A stretch of 50,440 bases of DNA from NCBI GenBank assembly GCA_017480975.1, contig JAFURK010000022.1, forward strand, positions 1 to 50,440, read 5' to 3'. Shown here piece after piece: positions 40,429 through 50,157 of the stretch. The stretch's first letter is position 1. Each line of letters opens with the position of its first letter. The position numbers and the translations under genes are program-made. Origin of the DNA: Bacilli bacterium. GTDB lineage: Bacteria; Bacillota_I; Bacilli_A; RF39; UBA660. Below the pieces are notes generated by a model that made no database searches, had not been told where the DNA came from, and saw only the letters and a list, made by a program, of their open reading frames with translations.

Positions 40429-40812
40429 ATGAAAGAAAAATTAGAAAGTTTATTAAAAAATGCATATAGTCCTTATTATAAATTTCCAGTGGCAGCAATT
40501 GTTGTTATGAAAGATGAAAAGGAATTTGGTGGTGTTAATGTTGAAAATGCTAATGGAACAAGTATTTGCGCTGAAAGAAATGCAATTGCAAGTGCAGTAG
40601 CAGCAGGTTATAAAAAAAATGACTTTGATAAAATTTATATCATGTTATCAAGTGGTGAGTTTGGTACGCCTTGTTTTGCTTGCCGCCAAGTAATACAAGA
40701 ATTTATGGATTTAGATTGCTCAGTTATTAGTGTAAATAAAAATGGAGATGAAAAGGAATATTCGGTAAAGGAATTATGTCCTTATCCATTTTCGCAAGAG
40801 GATTTAAGATGA
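40429..40812 (+). CDS. cdd: Cytidine deaminase
   Basis: AYSPY..FPV, NVENA, ICAERNA and PCFACRQ motifs. Confidence 0.95.
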   Translation: MKEKLESLLKNAYSPYYKFPVAAIVVMKDEKEFGGVNVENANGTSICAERNAIASAVAAGYKKNDFDKIYIMLSSGEFGTPCFACRQVIQEFMDLDCSVISVNKNGDEKEYSVKELCPYPFSQEDLR

Positions 40813-41696
40813 AAAGTGGATTTGTTAGTTTAATTGGTAGACCAAATGTTGGCAAAAGTACACTTTTAAATGCCATTATTGGTCGAAAAGTGGCAATAAC
40901 ATCTAGTACGGCGCAAACTACTAGAAACATGATACAAGGTATTTATCACGGAGATGATTTACAAATTGTATTTGTAGATACTCCAGGTATTCATAAACCA
41001 CAAAATAAATTAGGTAAGGCTTTGAACAAACAAGCTTATTATAATTTAGATGATGTAGATGTAATTTTATTTTTAACAGATGTTACTCAAAAGTTAGGTA
41101 CTGGAGATAAGTTTATAATTGAAAAATTAAAAGAAACTAAAGTTCCAGTAATATTGATTTTAAATAAAATAGATAAAATTCCTTATGAAATGATTTTACC
41201 AAAAATAGTAGAATATAAAGACTTATATGATTTTAAAGAAATAATTCCGGTGTCAGCATTCAAGAAAAAAAATATTGATGAATTAATAAAAACTGTTTCT
41301 AAATATCTAACAGACGATATTAAATATTTTGATGATAATACAATTACTAATGTGAGTACTACGTTTTCTATTTCTGAATTAATAAGAGAAAAAGTTTTAT
41401 TTTTAACAAAGGAAGAAGTACCTCATTCAGTTACTTGTATTGTTGAAGATATTAGTGAAGATAAAAATAATGTTAGTATTGGTGCTTCAGTTATTGTTGA
41501 TAGAGAAAACTTAAAAAAAATATTAGTTGGTAAAAATGGAAGTATGATTAAAAAAATTGGAATGGAAGCTAGAAAAGACATAGAAGAATTATTAAATAAG
41601 AAAGTCTATTTGGATTTAAGGGTAAAAGTTGTAAATAATTGGCGTGAAAAAGATCAATTTTTAAATCAATTAGGTTATGAAGATTTTAATTCATAA
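40809..41696 (+). CDS. era: GTPase Era
   Basis: MKSGFVSLIGRPNVGKSTL, QTTR, DTPG, NKID and KH domain; ATGA overlap with cdd. Confidence 0.97.
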   Translation: MKSGFVSLIGRPNVGKSTLLNAIIGRKVAITSSTAQTTRNMIQGIYHGDDLQIVFVDTPGIHKPQNKLGKALNKQAYYNLDDVDVILFLTDVTQKLGTGDKFIIEKLKETKVPVILILNKIDKIPYEMILPKIVEYKDLYDFKEIIPVSAFKKKNIDELIKTVSKYLTDDIKYFDDNTITNVSTTFSISELIREKVLFLTKEEVPHSVTCIVEDISEDKNNVSIGASVIVDRENLKKILVGKNGSMIKKIGMEARKDIEELLNKKVYLDLRVKVVNNWREKDQFLNQLGYEDFNS

Positions 41697-41748
41697 AATA
41701 TGTGTATAAAATATTTGATTTTATCACATTATGATAATGGTGATAAAA

Positions 41749-41868
41749 ATGAATCGAAATGATCTTTGGTTGTTATTTGCAAAAACAGGTAAAATTGAAT
41801 ATTATTTAAAATATAAAAATTATCAAGAGGAGAAAGAAGAAATAATAGAAGATGATAAAGAAGATTGA
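41749..41868 (+). CDS. yqzL: YqzL family small protein (39 aa; absent from the ORF track)
   Basis: MNRNDLWLLFAKTGKIEYYLKYKNYQEEK...; W..F..TG.I..YL.YK motif, GGTGA RBS, era-yqzL-recO synteny as in Bacillus. Confidence 0.8.
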   Translation: MNRNDLWLLFAKTGKIEYYLKYKNYQEEKEEIIEDDKED

Positions 41869-42589
41869 AGGTATTATAATTAGTACTGTCGATTATAAAG
41901 AAAGTAGTAAAATTGTTAATATTTTGACTCGTGACGAAGGTTTAATTGGTGTTTTAGCTAAAGGAAGTAAAAATCCCAAAAGCAAAATAGCGACTACTTC
42001 TAATATTTTAACTTATGGGATATTTTATTTAAATTATTATAAGGGAAGTATACCATTATTAACAGAAGTAGATTTAAAGGATTCTTTTAAAATTATTAGA
42101 AAAGATATTTTAAAAATGAATTATGCTGTCTTTTTGTTGGAGTTAGTTACTCAAGTTTATAGATATGATAAAACAGAAACCGTTTATAATCTATTGATTA
42201 ATGGATTGGTTAAAATAAATGAAGGTTATGATGAACAAATTATAACGAATATTATTGAATTAAAAATGTTACAATATTTGGGGATTAAACCAGTTGTTGA
42301 TTGTTGCGTAAATTGCCAAAAGAAGACAGATATTGTTACGATTTCTAGTTATAAAGGTGGTTATTTATGTAAGGATTGTGTTGGAAATGAAAATATTTAC
42401 CAATTAAAGACTATGCATTTAATTAGAATGTTTTATTATGTAGATTTAGCTAAAATAACAAAAATTGATATTAATGATACAATAAAAAAAGAGCTCAGTA
42501 GTTTTATTGATGATTATTATGAACGATATTCAGGCTTATATTTAAAGAGTAAACATTTATTAGAAGAATTTGCTAAAGTTAATATTTAA
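41852..42589 (+). CDS. recO: DNA repair protein RecO
   Basis: EGIII..DYKES.KIV.ILT...G OB fold, CVNC...CKDC zinc finger, position after era. Confidence 0.93.
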   Translation: MIKKIEGIIISTVDYKESSKIVNILTRDEGLIGVLAKGSKNPKSKIATTSNILTYGIFYLNYYKGSIPLLTEVDLKDSFKIIRKDILKMNYAVFLLELVTQVYRYDKTETVYNLLINGLVKINEGYDEQIITNIIELKMLQYLGIKPVVDCCVNCQKKTDIVTISSYKGGYLCKDCVGNENIYQLKTMHLIRMFYYVDLAKITKIDINDTIKKELSSFIDDYYERYSGLYLKSKHLLEEFAKVNI

Positions 42590-42655
42590 AAGGTTATATT
42601 TAAATTAATTTAAGTTTTAGGAAGGAGTATCCAATAAATGTAGTGATTACATAAT

Positions 42656-43291
42656 TTGGTTTATGTGTTAGCGATGAATGATGATGTAAGAGAAAATTTT
42701 AATGCTTATAAAAGCGCAAATGATACTAATAAACTTAACATATTTATTGCTTCTTCTTCGCGGGAAGAGATAAAACCAATCTATTTAGACTGTGCTAGTT
42801 CTATTTCTAGAACTTTAGCTAACTTAGGATATAATTTATCTTTTGGAGCTGGTACTGTTGGAATGATGGGAAAATGTTATGAAGAATTTAATAAAGTTAG
42901 TGCTGAAATATATTCTTATACGATAGAAAAATATCAAGACGATTTAAAAGATTTAAATAGCACAAAAGAAGTAGTTTTAGATACTACTTTTGATCGGACT
43001 AAAGAACTTTATGATAGAGCTGATATTATTCTTTTTCTTCCTGGAGGAACTGGAACTTTATCAGAATTATTTAGTATTTTAGAAGAAAATAGAAGTGTTT
43101 TAAAACCTAAAAAGATAATCTTATATAATTATAATGATTTTTATAATAAAATTCTTGATTTTATAAATTATTTAATTTCAGAAAGATTTAATGATGATAC
43201 TATATATAATTATTTTGATATTTGTAATACGGAAGTAGAAGTTATTACTTTATTGAATGAGGAGAATAATAAACTTTTGATAAAAAAATAA
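42656..43291 (+). CDS. LOG/SLOG family nucleotide phosphoribohydrolase-like protein (start uncertain, possibly 42674)
   Basis: FGAGTVGMMG, R..L...AD and LPGGTGTLSEL motifs. Confidence 0.85.
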   Translation: MVYVLAMNDDVRENFNAYKSANDTNKLNIFIASSSREEIKPIYLDCASSISRTLANLGYNLSFGAGTVGMMGKCYEEFNKVSAEIYSYTIEKYQDDLKDLNSTKEVVLDTTFDRTKELYDRADIILFLPGGTGTLSELFSILEENRSVLKPKKIILYNYNDFYNKILDFINYLISERFNDDTIYNYFDICNTEVEVITLLNEENNKLLIKK

Positions 43292-43398
43292 TATATTTTT
43301 AGAAAAAATAAATATAGGGACAATAGATTTTTGACATTCTATTAGTCCTTTTTATCTAATTTAGTTTGATTAAGTAGGTAAAATAAAATGAAGCATTT

Positions 43399-43602
43399 TT
43401 AACAAAAGAAGAGCCAAAAACTTAAGGCAACTAATAAAACAAATTGAACTAATAATATCAAAACATTATAAAAACAAGGAATAAACAAACTAATGATTAA
43501 TTGGTATAAAGTGATAATAGGTAATATAATTAAACAAAAAATAGCTATATAGATTTTAAAACCAATGCAATTTCTTAAGAACCTACCAAAATTATTTCTC
43601 AT
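43399..43602 (-). CDS. Small two-TM membrane protein (67 aa)
   Basis: AGGTGA RBS, two hydrophobic helices, sigK-like promoter upstream. Confidence 0.65.
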   Translation of the reverse strand: MRNNFGRFLRNCIGFKIYIAIFCLIILPIITLYQLIISLFIPCFYNVLILLVQFVLLVALSFWLFFC

Positions 43603-43745
43603 AAGACTTCACCTATGATAAATTATGAAAAATAATTAAAAATGTTAAAAAAAATGTAAAAATAGTAATTTCTAAAATAAATAGTAAAGCTTTTTCTTTT
43701 ATTTTTTCTTATTTTATTATATAATAATTTAGAAAGGTGATTCCA

Positions 43746-44597
43746 ATGAATAGAAAAAGAAGAAAACCACAAAAGAAGCATATATATATCATTGTTTTTT
43801 TAATAGTAATTGTAGTAGCAGTTTTGTCTTATATGATTAAATCTGATAAAAAGTTGAATACTTTTGAATCATTAGTAAAAGATACAGTAGTTGGAGTACA
43901 AAAAGTATTTTATTTACCAATTAAAAATTTTAGCACTATGATTGATGATTTCTTTTCTTTAAGAGATGTATTAGAAGAAAATAAAATTTTAAAATCTAAT
44001 GTCGAAAAAATAGAGTCATTGGAAGCTGAAAACATTGAACTAAAGCAAGAAATTAGTAAAATCAAGGAAGAATTAGATATTGAACATGTATTAAGCGAAT
44101 ATGATTATTTAAATGCTACTGTTGTTAATAGAAATTCTTTATATTGGTATAACAATTTGACTATTGATAAAGGAAGTCATAATGGAATTGAAGAAGGGAT
44201 GGTAGTTATTAATTCAACAGGATTAATTGGTAAGATTGTTAATGTATCAACATTTTCTTCTGATGTAAAATTAATAACCACTAATGATACTAATAATAAA
44301 ATATCAGTTACTATCACTAATGGTACTAATAATTTAACGGGATTAATTAATGCTTATAGTTATGATGATGGTTATTTAAAAGTTGAAGGAATTAGTAATA
44401 CTAAAACTGTTAATGTTGGTGATTTAGTTTATACTTCAGGTTTAGGTGGAGTATTTCCAAGTGGTATTTTAATTGGTAAAGTAGAAAGTATTGTTACAGA
44501 TGTTTATGATTTATCAAAAATTATCAATGTTAAACCTTCAGCTAATTTTGATGATATTAATTATGTAACTGTATTGAAAAGGACTGATCAACAGTGA
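43746..44597 (+). CDS. mreC: Rod shape-determining protein MreC
   Basis: TM helix, coiled coil, IDKGS..G...GMVV...GLIG and TSGLGGVFPSGILIG motifs. Confidence 0.96.
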   Translation: MNRKRRKPQKKHIYIIVFLIVIVVAVLSYMIKSDKKLNTFESLVKDTVVGVQKVFYLPIKNFSTMIDDFFSLRDVLEENKILKSNVEKIESLEAENIELKQEISKIKEELDIEHVLSEYDYLNATVVNRNSLYWYNNLTIDKGSHNGIEEGMVVINSTGLIGKIVNVSTFSSDVKLITTNDTNNKISVTITNGTNNLTGLINAYSYDDGYLKVEGISNTKTVNVGDLVYTSGLGGVFPSGILIGKVESIVTDVYDLSKIINVKPSANFDDINYVTVLKRTDQQ

Positions 44598-45103
44598 TAG
44601 CATTATCGATTATAGTTTTATTAATTTCATTGTTAATTCAAGGGATTATGTCTAATTATTTAGGTTATACTTATTTAGATTTATCAATATTTTCAACTAT
44701 TTATGTTTTAATCGCGTTATTGATTTTAAATCCTTATTTTGAAAATAAGAAGAAATATTTTCTAATTTTAATTATATTTGGATTGATAATGGATATTGTA
44801 TATACAAATACTTTTATTTTAAATGTATGTTTATTCATTATTGTATATTATTTTAGTAAATCTTTTCACTTCTTTTTTCCGTATAATTGGATAACTATAA
44901 GTGTAAGTAATTTACTTAGCATTTTCCTTTATCATATTATTTCATTTTTGTTTTTAAATATTTTGAAATATGATGTTTACACTTTTTCTAATTTGTTAAA
45001 AATATTAAGTCATAGTATTTTGATGACTATTATATATACTAATATAATTTATACGATTGTTGTTTTTGTTAAACAGAAGTTTCAATTGAAGGAAGTTAAG
45101 TGA
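44594..45103 (+). CDS. mreD: Rod shape-determining protein MreD
   Basis: Highly hydrophobic, FGLIMDIVYT motif, overlaps the mreC stop. Confidence 0.85.
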   Translation: MIALSIIVLLISLLIQGIMSNYLGYTYLDLSIFSTIYVLIALLILNPYFENKKKYFLILIIFGLIMDIVYTNTFILNVCLFIIVYYFSKSFHFFFPYNWITISVSNLLSIFLYHIISFLFLNILKYDVYTFSNLLKILSHSILMTIIYTNIIYTIVVFVKQKFQLKEVK

Positions 45104-45155
45104 AAAGTAAAATGATAGTTATATCGCAAGAGTCATATAGAATAGGAGCATAGTA

Positions 45156-45734
45156 ATGAATTTTTTAAAAAGAGAACCTTTAATAATTTTGATTGCTGGT
45201 CGGGCGAGAAGTGGTAAAAGTATTTTAGCTGAATGTTTAAAAGAAGAATATAGAAAACAAAATAAAAAGGTAGTTATGTCACCTTATACTAAATATTTAA
45301 AGCATTATATTGAAGAAATAACTGGGGAAAAAATACAAGAAGAAAATAAACCTAGAGATCTACTTCAACAAATTAGTTCAGAGGTAATAAAGGGTCAGTT
45401 GGGTAAAAAAAATTTCTTTATTGATAGGCAAATAGAGGATATTGAGATTTATTCTTATTTTGCAGATGTTATTTTAGTACCTGATGTTAGGTTCCCTGAA
45501 GAGATTAAAGTTATCAAGGAAAAATTCAATAATGTAGTGTCAATTGGTGTTATTAGAAAGAATTATATAAGTACTTTAAGTTTAAAACAACAAACTGATA
45601 TTACTGAGGTAGCTTTAGATGGGTATCATGATTATGATTTTGAGGTGGAAAATACTGAAAAGACTAATCTTTATGATATAGCTAAGGATATTATTAATAA
45701 AATCAATTTGAAGGAAGGTATACCTAATGAATAA
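45156..45734 (+). CDS. P-loop nucleotide kinase resembling phage-type deoxynucleoside monophosphate kinases
   Basis: GRARSGKS, PRDLLQQI, VPDVRFPEE and TE.ALD.Y..YD..VEN motifs. Confidence 0.7.
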   Translation: MNFLKREPLIILIAGRARSGKSILAECLKEEYRKQNKKVVMSPYTKYLKHYIEEITGEKIQEENKPRDLLQQISSEVIKGQLGKKNFFIDRQIEDIEIYSYFADVILVPDVRFPEEIKVIKEKFNNVVSIGVIRKNYISTLSLKQQTDITEVALDGYHDYDFEVENTEKTNLYDIAKDIINKINLKEGIPNE

Positions 45735-46269
45735 AGTAGTTGCAATTGTTGGAATGTGTGGTAGTGGAAAAAGTGTTGCTACTGATATATTAGAAAAAGA
45801 GGGATGGCATAAAGTTTATTTTGGTGGTGTTACTTACAAAAAAATGCAAGAAGAAGGAATTGAAAGAACACCTGATAGTGAAAGAATTTTTAGAGAGAAT
45901 CTTCGTAAAAAATATGGTCCAGAATGTTATGCTAAATTATTATTACCAGAAATAGAAGAAGAAGCTAAAACAAAGAACGTTGTTTTGGATGGTTTGTATT
46001 CTTGGTATGAGTATAAGTATTTGATGGAAAATTTAAAAGGGGATTTGAAATTAATTTGTGTTGTTACTGATAAAGATATTCGATACGATCGTATTGCTAA
46101 GCGTCCCGAAAGACCTTTTGATAATAATAAAGCTAGAGAAAGAGATTTGTCAGAAATAGAAAATCTATATAAAGGTGGTCCGATTGCTTATGCCGATTAC
46201 TATATCTTTAATAATGGTAGTTTAGAAGAATATGAAAAAAGATTAGAAGAAATATTAAAACAAATTTAA
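45727..46269 (+). CDS. P-loop kinase, dephospho-CoA kinase-like/UPF0200-like
   Basis: IVGMCGSGKSV, LR.KYG, VVLDGLYSWYE, RDLSE and ADYYIFNNGS motifs. Confidence 0.75.
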   Translation: MNKVVAIVGMCGSGKSVATDILEKEGWHKVYFGGVTYKKMQEEGIERTPDSERIFRENLRKKYGPECYAKLLLPEIEEEAKTKNVVLDGLYSWYEYKYLMENLKGDLKLICVVTDKDIRYDRIAKRPERPFDNNKARERDLSEIENLYKGGPIAYADYYIFNNGSLEEYEKRLEEILKQI

Positions 46270-46282
46270 GGATGTGAATACA

Positions 46283-48976
46283 ATGAGAAAAATGACTAGT
46301 GAAGAAATTATTAGAACTTATATTGACTTTTTTGTTGAAAGAGGACATTTAGAAGTAGAAAGTGCTTCTTTGATTCCTAAAGATGATCCAAGTATACTTT
46401 GGATTAATGCGGGTGTTACACCATTGAAGAAATATTTTGATGGATCAGTTGTTCCTCAAAATAGGAGAATGACAAGTTGTCAAAAGTGTATTCGTACTAA
46501 TGATATTGAAAATGTTGGTCTTACTGCTAGACATCATACTTTTTTTCAAATGTTAGGTAACTTTTCAGTAGGAGATTATTTTAAAAAAGAAGCTTTAACA
46601 TGGGCTTTTGAACTTTTGACTAGTGAAAAATATTTTGGATTTCCAAAAGATAAATTATATATGACTATTTATCCTACTGATCAAGAAGCTTATGATTTGT
46701 GGGTTAGTTTAGGAGTAGATCCAAGTCATATTATTAAATTAGAAGGTAATTATTGGGAAATTGGAGAAGGTCCTAGTGGTCCTGATAGTGAGATTTTTTA
46801 TGATCGTGGTGAAAAGTATGATAAAGAAAAATTAGGAATTAAACTTTTGACTGATGATATTGAAAATGATCGTTATATAGAAATATGGAATAATGTTTTC
46901 AGTCAATATAACGCTAAAGAGGGAGTAGCTAGAGAAGAGTATGAAGAATTACCAAGTAAGAATATTGATACTGGTATGGGAGTAGAAAGAATGGCTTGTA
47001 TTCTTCAAGATGCTCCAACAAATTATGAAACTGATTTATTTTTACCAATAATAGAAGAAATAGAAAATGTTTGTGGAATAAAATATCAAGGCCAAAAAGA
47101 ATTTAAAGTAATTGCTGATCATATTAGAAGTTTAACTTTTGCTTTAGCAGATGGGGCTACTTTTGAAAATTTTGGCCGTGGTTATGTACTTAGAAGAATT
47201 CTTAGAAGATCGGTTATGATGAGTAGAAAATTAAATATTAATAAGAGTTTTATGGCTGATTTAGTTGATGTTGTAATGAATAAATATGCTAATATTTATC
47301 CTAATTTATTAGGAAGTAAAGAAATTGTTAAAGAGTTAATTCTTAAAGAAGAAGAATTATTTCATAAGACATTAATATCTGGCGAGAAAAGATTAGAAGA
47401 AATATTTAATAATAATGAAACTAAGGAAATTAGTGGTAGTGATGCATTCAAATTATATGATACTTATGGTTTTCCAGTTGAACTTACGATTGAATATGCT
47501 AGTGATAGAGGATTTACTGTAAATAAAGAAGATTTCTATAAATATATGGAAATGCAAAAGGTTATGGCTAGAAATAATCGTAAAGTTGTAAGTAGTATGA
47601 ATCTTCAAAATGAATTATTAATGAATTATAAAGAAGAGAGTACTTTTGTTGGTTATGAAAAACTAGGTAATAAAACTGAAGTTATGAATATTATGGTTGA
47701 TAATAGTTTTGTTGATAGTTTAACTGATGAAGGATATATATTCTTAAAAGAAAATCCTTTCTATGCTGAATCAGGTGGTCAAATATATGATACTGGCTTT
47801 TTAAAGAATGATGAATGTAAAGTAGAAGTACTTGATTGCTTAAAAGCTCCAAATAAACAACATTTATTGCATGTAAAAGTATTAAGTGGTGAGTTAAAGA
47901 AAGGTAGTATTGTTTTAACTCACGTTATGCAAGATAGAAGAGAAGAAATAATGAAACACCATAGTGCGACGCACTTATTACAAAAAACACTTCAAGAATT
48001 TTTAGGTGATAATGTTCATCAAGCTGGTAGTAGAGTAGATGATAAAAGTTTTCGTTTTGATTTCACTTATCATGGTCGTTTAAGTGATAATTTGATTATG
48101 GAGTTAGAAGAAAAAGTTAATGAAAGAGTTCAAGCTGATTACCAAACTATTATTGAATATCTTTCATTAGAAGAAGCTAAAAAGAAAGGTGCGATGGCTT
48201 TATTTGATGATAAATATGGTGATGTAGTTCGTGTTGTTACAATGGGAGATTCAATTGAATTATGTGCTGGTACTCACGTTCCCAACACTAAAATGATTGA
48301 TAAAATTGCTATTGTATCATTAGAAAATAAAGGGGCTGATACTTTTAGAATTGAGGGTACAACAACTAAACATATTAATGAATTATTACATCAAGCAGTT
48401 GCTCCTTATCAAGAAGAAATTATGAAAATTTTAGCTAAGTCTAAGTCTATTCTAGTAGAAGCTAAAAGTCAAGATATTAATTTAAGTTTTAATTTTGATT
48501 TTGAAGATAAAGAATTAACTAGTTATCAAGATGTAGTCGATTATAAAAATAAATTATTAGCTCTAAAAGAAGAAATGAAACAATTAGAAAAAACTTATCG
48601 TAATTTAAAAACACAGAAATCAACTAGTGATTTAACAGCATTTACAACTAATATGGAAGTAATAAATGGTATTAAAGTTTGTGCAGCTATATTAGAAAAT
48701 TATGATGTTGATATGATTAAAAATTTAGCTGATGCTATTAATAATAAATATGATAATTGTTTTGTCTTGTTAGCTAATGTAAAAAATAATCATGTTAATA
48801 TTATTGCTAAAACAAATTCAGATAAAGTAAATTGTGGGGCGATTGTAAAAGATTTATCAATTAAATGTAAAGGTAATGGTGGCGGTAGTAAAACTTTTGC
48901 TCAAGGTGGTGGAAGTGACGCGAGCGACATAGCGAGCCATTTAAAAGCTATTAAAGAAAATTTAGAAACATTGTAA
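46283..48976 (+). CDS. alaS: Alanine--tRNA ligase
   Basis: RHHTFFQMLGNFS, IDTGMG.ER, HSATHLL, ELCAGTHV and GGG...AQGG motifs. Confidence 0.98.
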   Translation: MRKMTSEEIIRTYIDFFVERGHLEVESASLIPKDDPSILWINAGVTPLKKYFDGSVVPQNRRMTSCQKCIRTNDIENVGLTARHHTFFQMLGNFSVGDYFKKEALTWAFELLTSEKYFGFPKDKLYMTIYPTDQEAYDLWVSLGVDPSHIIKLEGNYWEIGEGPSGPDSEIFYDRGEKYDKEKLGIKLLTDDIENDRYIEIWNNVFSQYNAKEGVAREEYEELPSKNIDTGMGVERMACILQDAPTNYETDLFLPIIEEIENVCGIKYQGQKEFKVIADHIRSLTFALADGATFENFGRGYVLRRILRRSVMMSRKLNINKSFMADLVDVVMNKYANIYPNLLGSKEIVKELILKEEELFHKTLISGEKRLEEIFNNNETKEISGSDAFKLYDTYGFPVELTIEYASDRGFTVNKEDFYKYMEMQKVMARNNRKVVSSMNLQNELLMNYKEESTFVGYEKLGNKTEVMNIMVDNSFVDSLTDEGYIFLKENPFYAESGGQIYDTGFLKNDECKVEVLDCLKAPNKQHLLHVKVLSGELKKGSIVLTHVMQDRREEIMKHHSATHLLQKTLQEFLGDNVHQAGSRVDDKSFRFDFTYHGRLSDNLIMELEEKVNERVQADYQTIIEYLSLEEAKKKGAMALFDDKYGDVVRVVTMGDSIELCAGTHVPNTKMIDKIAIVSLENKGADTFRIEGTTTKHINELLHQAVAPYQEEIMKILAKSKSILVEAKSQDINLSFNFDFEDKELTSYQDVVDYKNKLLALKEEMKQLEKTYRNLKTQKSTSDLTAFTTNMEVINGIKVCAAILENYDVDMIKNLADAINNKYDNCFVLLANVKNNHVNIIAKTNSDKVNCGAIVKDLSIKCKGNGGGSKTFAQGGGSDASDIASHLKAIKENLETL

Positions 48977-49059
48977 ATATGTTGTAAACAAATAAAAAAA
49001 AGATATACAGAAATTTAATATTATGTTATATTATATTCATAGCATTAAGTAGGTGGCAT

Positions 49060-49527
49060 ATGAGAAAGGTATATATTTTATTATTATTTAGTTTAATTTT
49101 AATAACGGGTTGTGAAAATGATGAAGAAACAATCAAAAATGAATATATTGCGATGAAAAATCAAACTTTTAATGACAAAAATTATACTGATACAGAATTA
49201 CCAGTAGATATTGTTACAACGATTGAACGTATTGATGAAGAAGCAATTAATTATAAAGTGACAATTAGTAATCCTAAAGAAAATATGAATGACGTTAAAG
49301 TACTTGTAGTTCATAATTGTTATAATGAAGATGTTTTTCCTTCAATTGGAGTGTTTGATGAACCACAAAAGTTGTTAGCTAATGGTGATGATGAGGAAGT
49401 ATTAGTGTTGAAGGATACAATTAAAACGACTAAAAATATTAGTAAGTTAGATTTAGAATTAAAAATATTAATAGAGTATACCGATGATAATGGTGAAAAA
49501 AAAGATATTTATTATAAAACGACATAA
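49060..49527 (+). CDS. Hypothetical lipoprotein
   Basis: Lipobox LITGC after a hydrophobic signal; AGGTGG RBS. Confidence 0.8.
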   Translation: MRKVYILLLFSLILITGCENDEETIKNEYIAMKNQTFNDKNYTDTELPVDIVTTIERIDEEAINYKVTISNPKENMNDVKVLVVHNCYNEDVFPSIGVFDEPQKLLANGDDEEVLVLKDTIKTTKNISKLDLELKILIEYTDDNGEKKDIYYKTT

Positions 49528-49566
49528 TAATTATCTTTTTTTATTTACAATTGTAATGGTGATAAA

Positions 49567-49749
49567 ATGAAAGTGAAGATATTTGATGAGTCACATGAAA
49601 GTGATTTAGAAGAAGATATAAATAATTTTATTCAAGAAAAGAATCCCGATATAATAGATATTAAGTATAGTATTTCTAATAGCATTTATTCTGAGGAACA
49701 GTTATATTGTTTTTCGGCTTTAATTATGTATCAAGATAAAAAAGAGTAA
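49567..49749 (+). CDS. cse60: Sporulation protein Cse60 (DUF2758) family
   Basis: MKVKIFDE.HE.DLE..IN.F...IIDIKYS...FSALIMY pattern. Confidence 0.85.
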   Translation: MKVKIFDESHESDLEEDINNFIQEKNPDIIDIKYSISNSIYSEEQLYCFSALIMYQDKKE

Positions 49750-49825
49750 GATCACAAATTTAGAATACTTAAAAAATATGCAGCTTTGAGTTAAATAAAT
49801 AATAGTATATAAATTGATAAAAATT

Positions 49826-49856
49826 AAAAACGCCTAGAAAATCTAGACGTTTTTTA
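49826..49856. terminator. Bidirectional terminator
   Basis: AAAAACG-CCTAGA-aaa-TCTAGA-CGTTTTT. Confidence 0.6.
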
Positions 49857-50051
49857 ACGATCTAAGTCTTTAGTAAAAACTCCAAGACTAACAATACCAG
49901 CGATAGCTACAATTACATAAACTACTCTTGTTAAAACGGTTCCATCACCAAATAAGAATTCTACCAAATTATAATTGAAAATACCTATTAATCCCCAATT
50001 AATACAACCTATTATAGCTATTGCTAAAGCTGTTTTATATAATGTATTCAT
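49854..50051 (-). CDS. DUF378 (YuzA-like) small membrane protein
   Basis: IIG.INWGLIG.F.YNLV..LFG...RVVY.IV motif; AAAGGAGG RBS. Confidence 0.92.
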   Translation of the reverse strand: MNTLYKTALAIAIIGCINWGLIGIFNYNLVEFLFGDGTVLTRVVYVIVAIAGIVSLGVFTKDLDR

Positions 50052-50157
50052 AAAATTCCTCCTTTATCTAATAATATTATTTGACAAATTACCAAATTTT
50101 ATTCATAAAAATTAAACAAAAATATATAATTTTAATGAAAGAAATGATGAGGTGAAT

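Noticed and set aside
11078-40930. Antisense ORFs (11078, 11449, 14813, 19194, 24359, 25972, 26395, 26642, 28232, 32514, 33274, 39278, 40298, 40727)
   Set aside because: All lie opposite confident genes, with Phe/Ser/Ile-rich shadow composition and no motifs.
46255-46283. T-box leader for alaS
   Set aside because: alaS starts within about 13 nt of the upstream kinase stop, leaving no room and showing no T-box motif.
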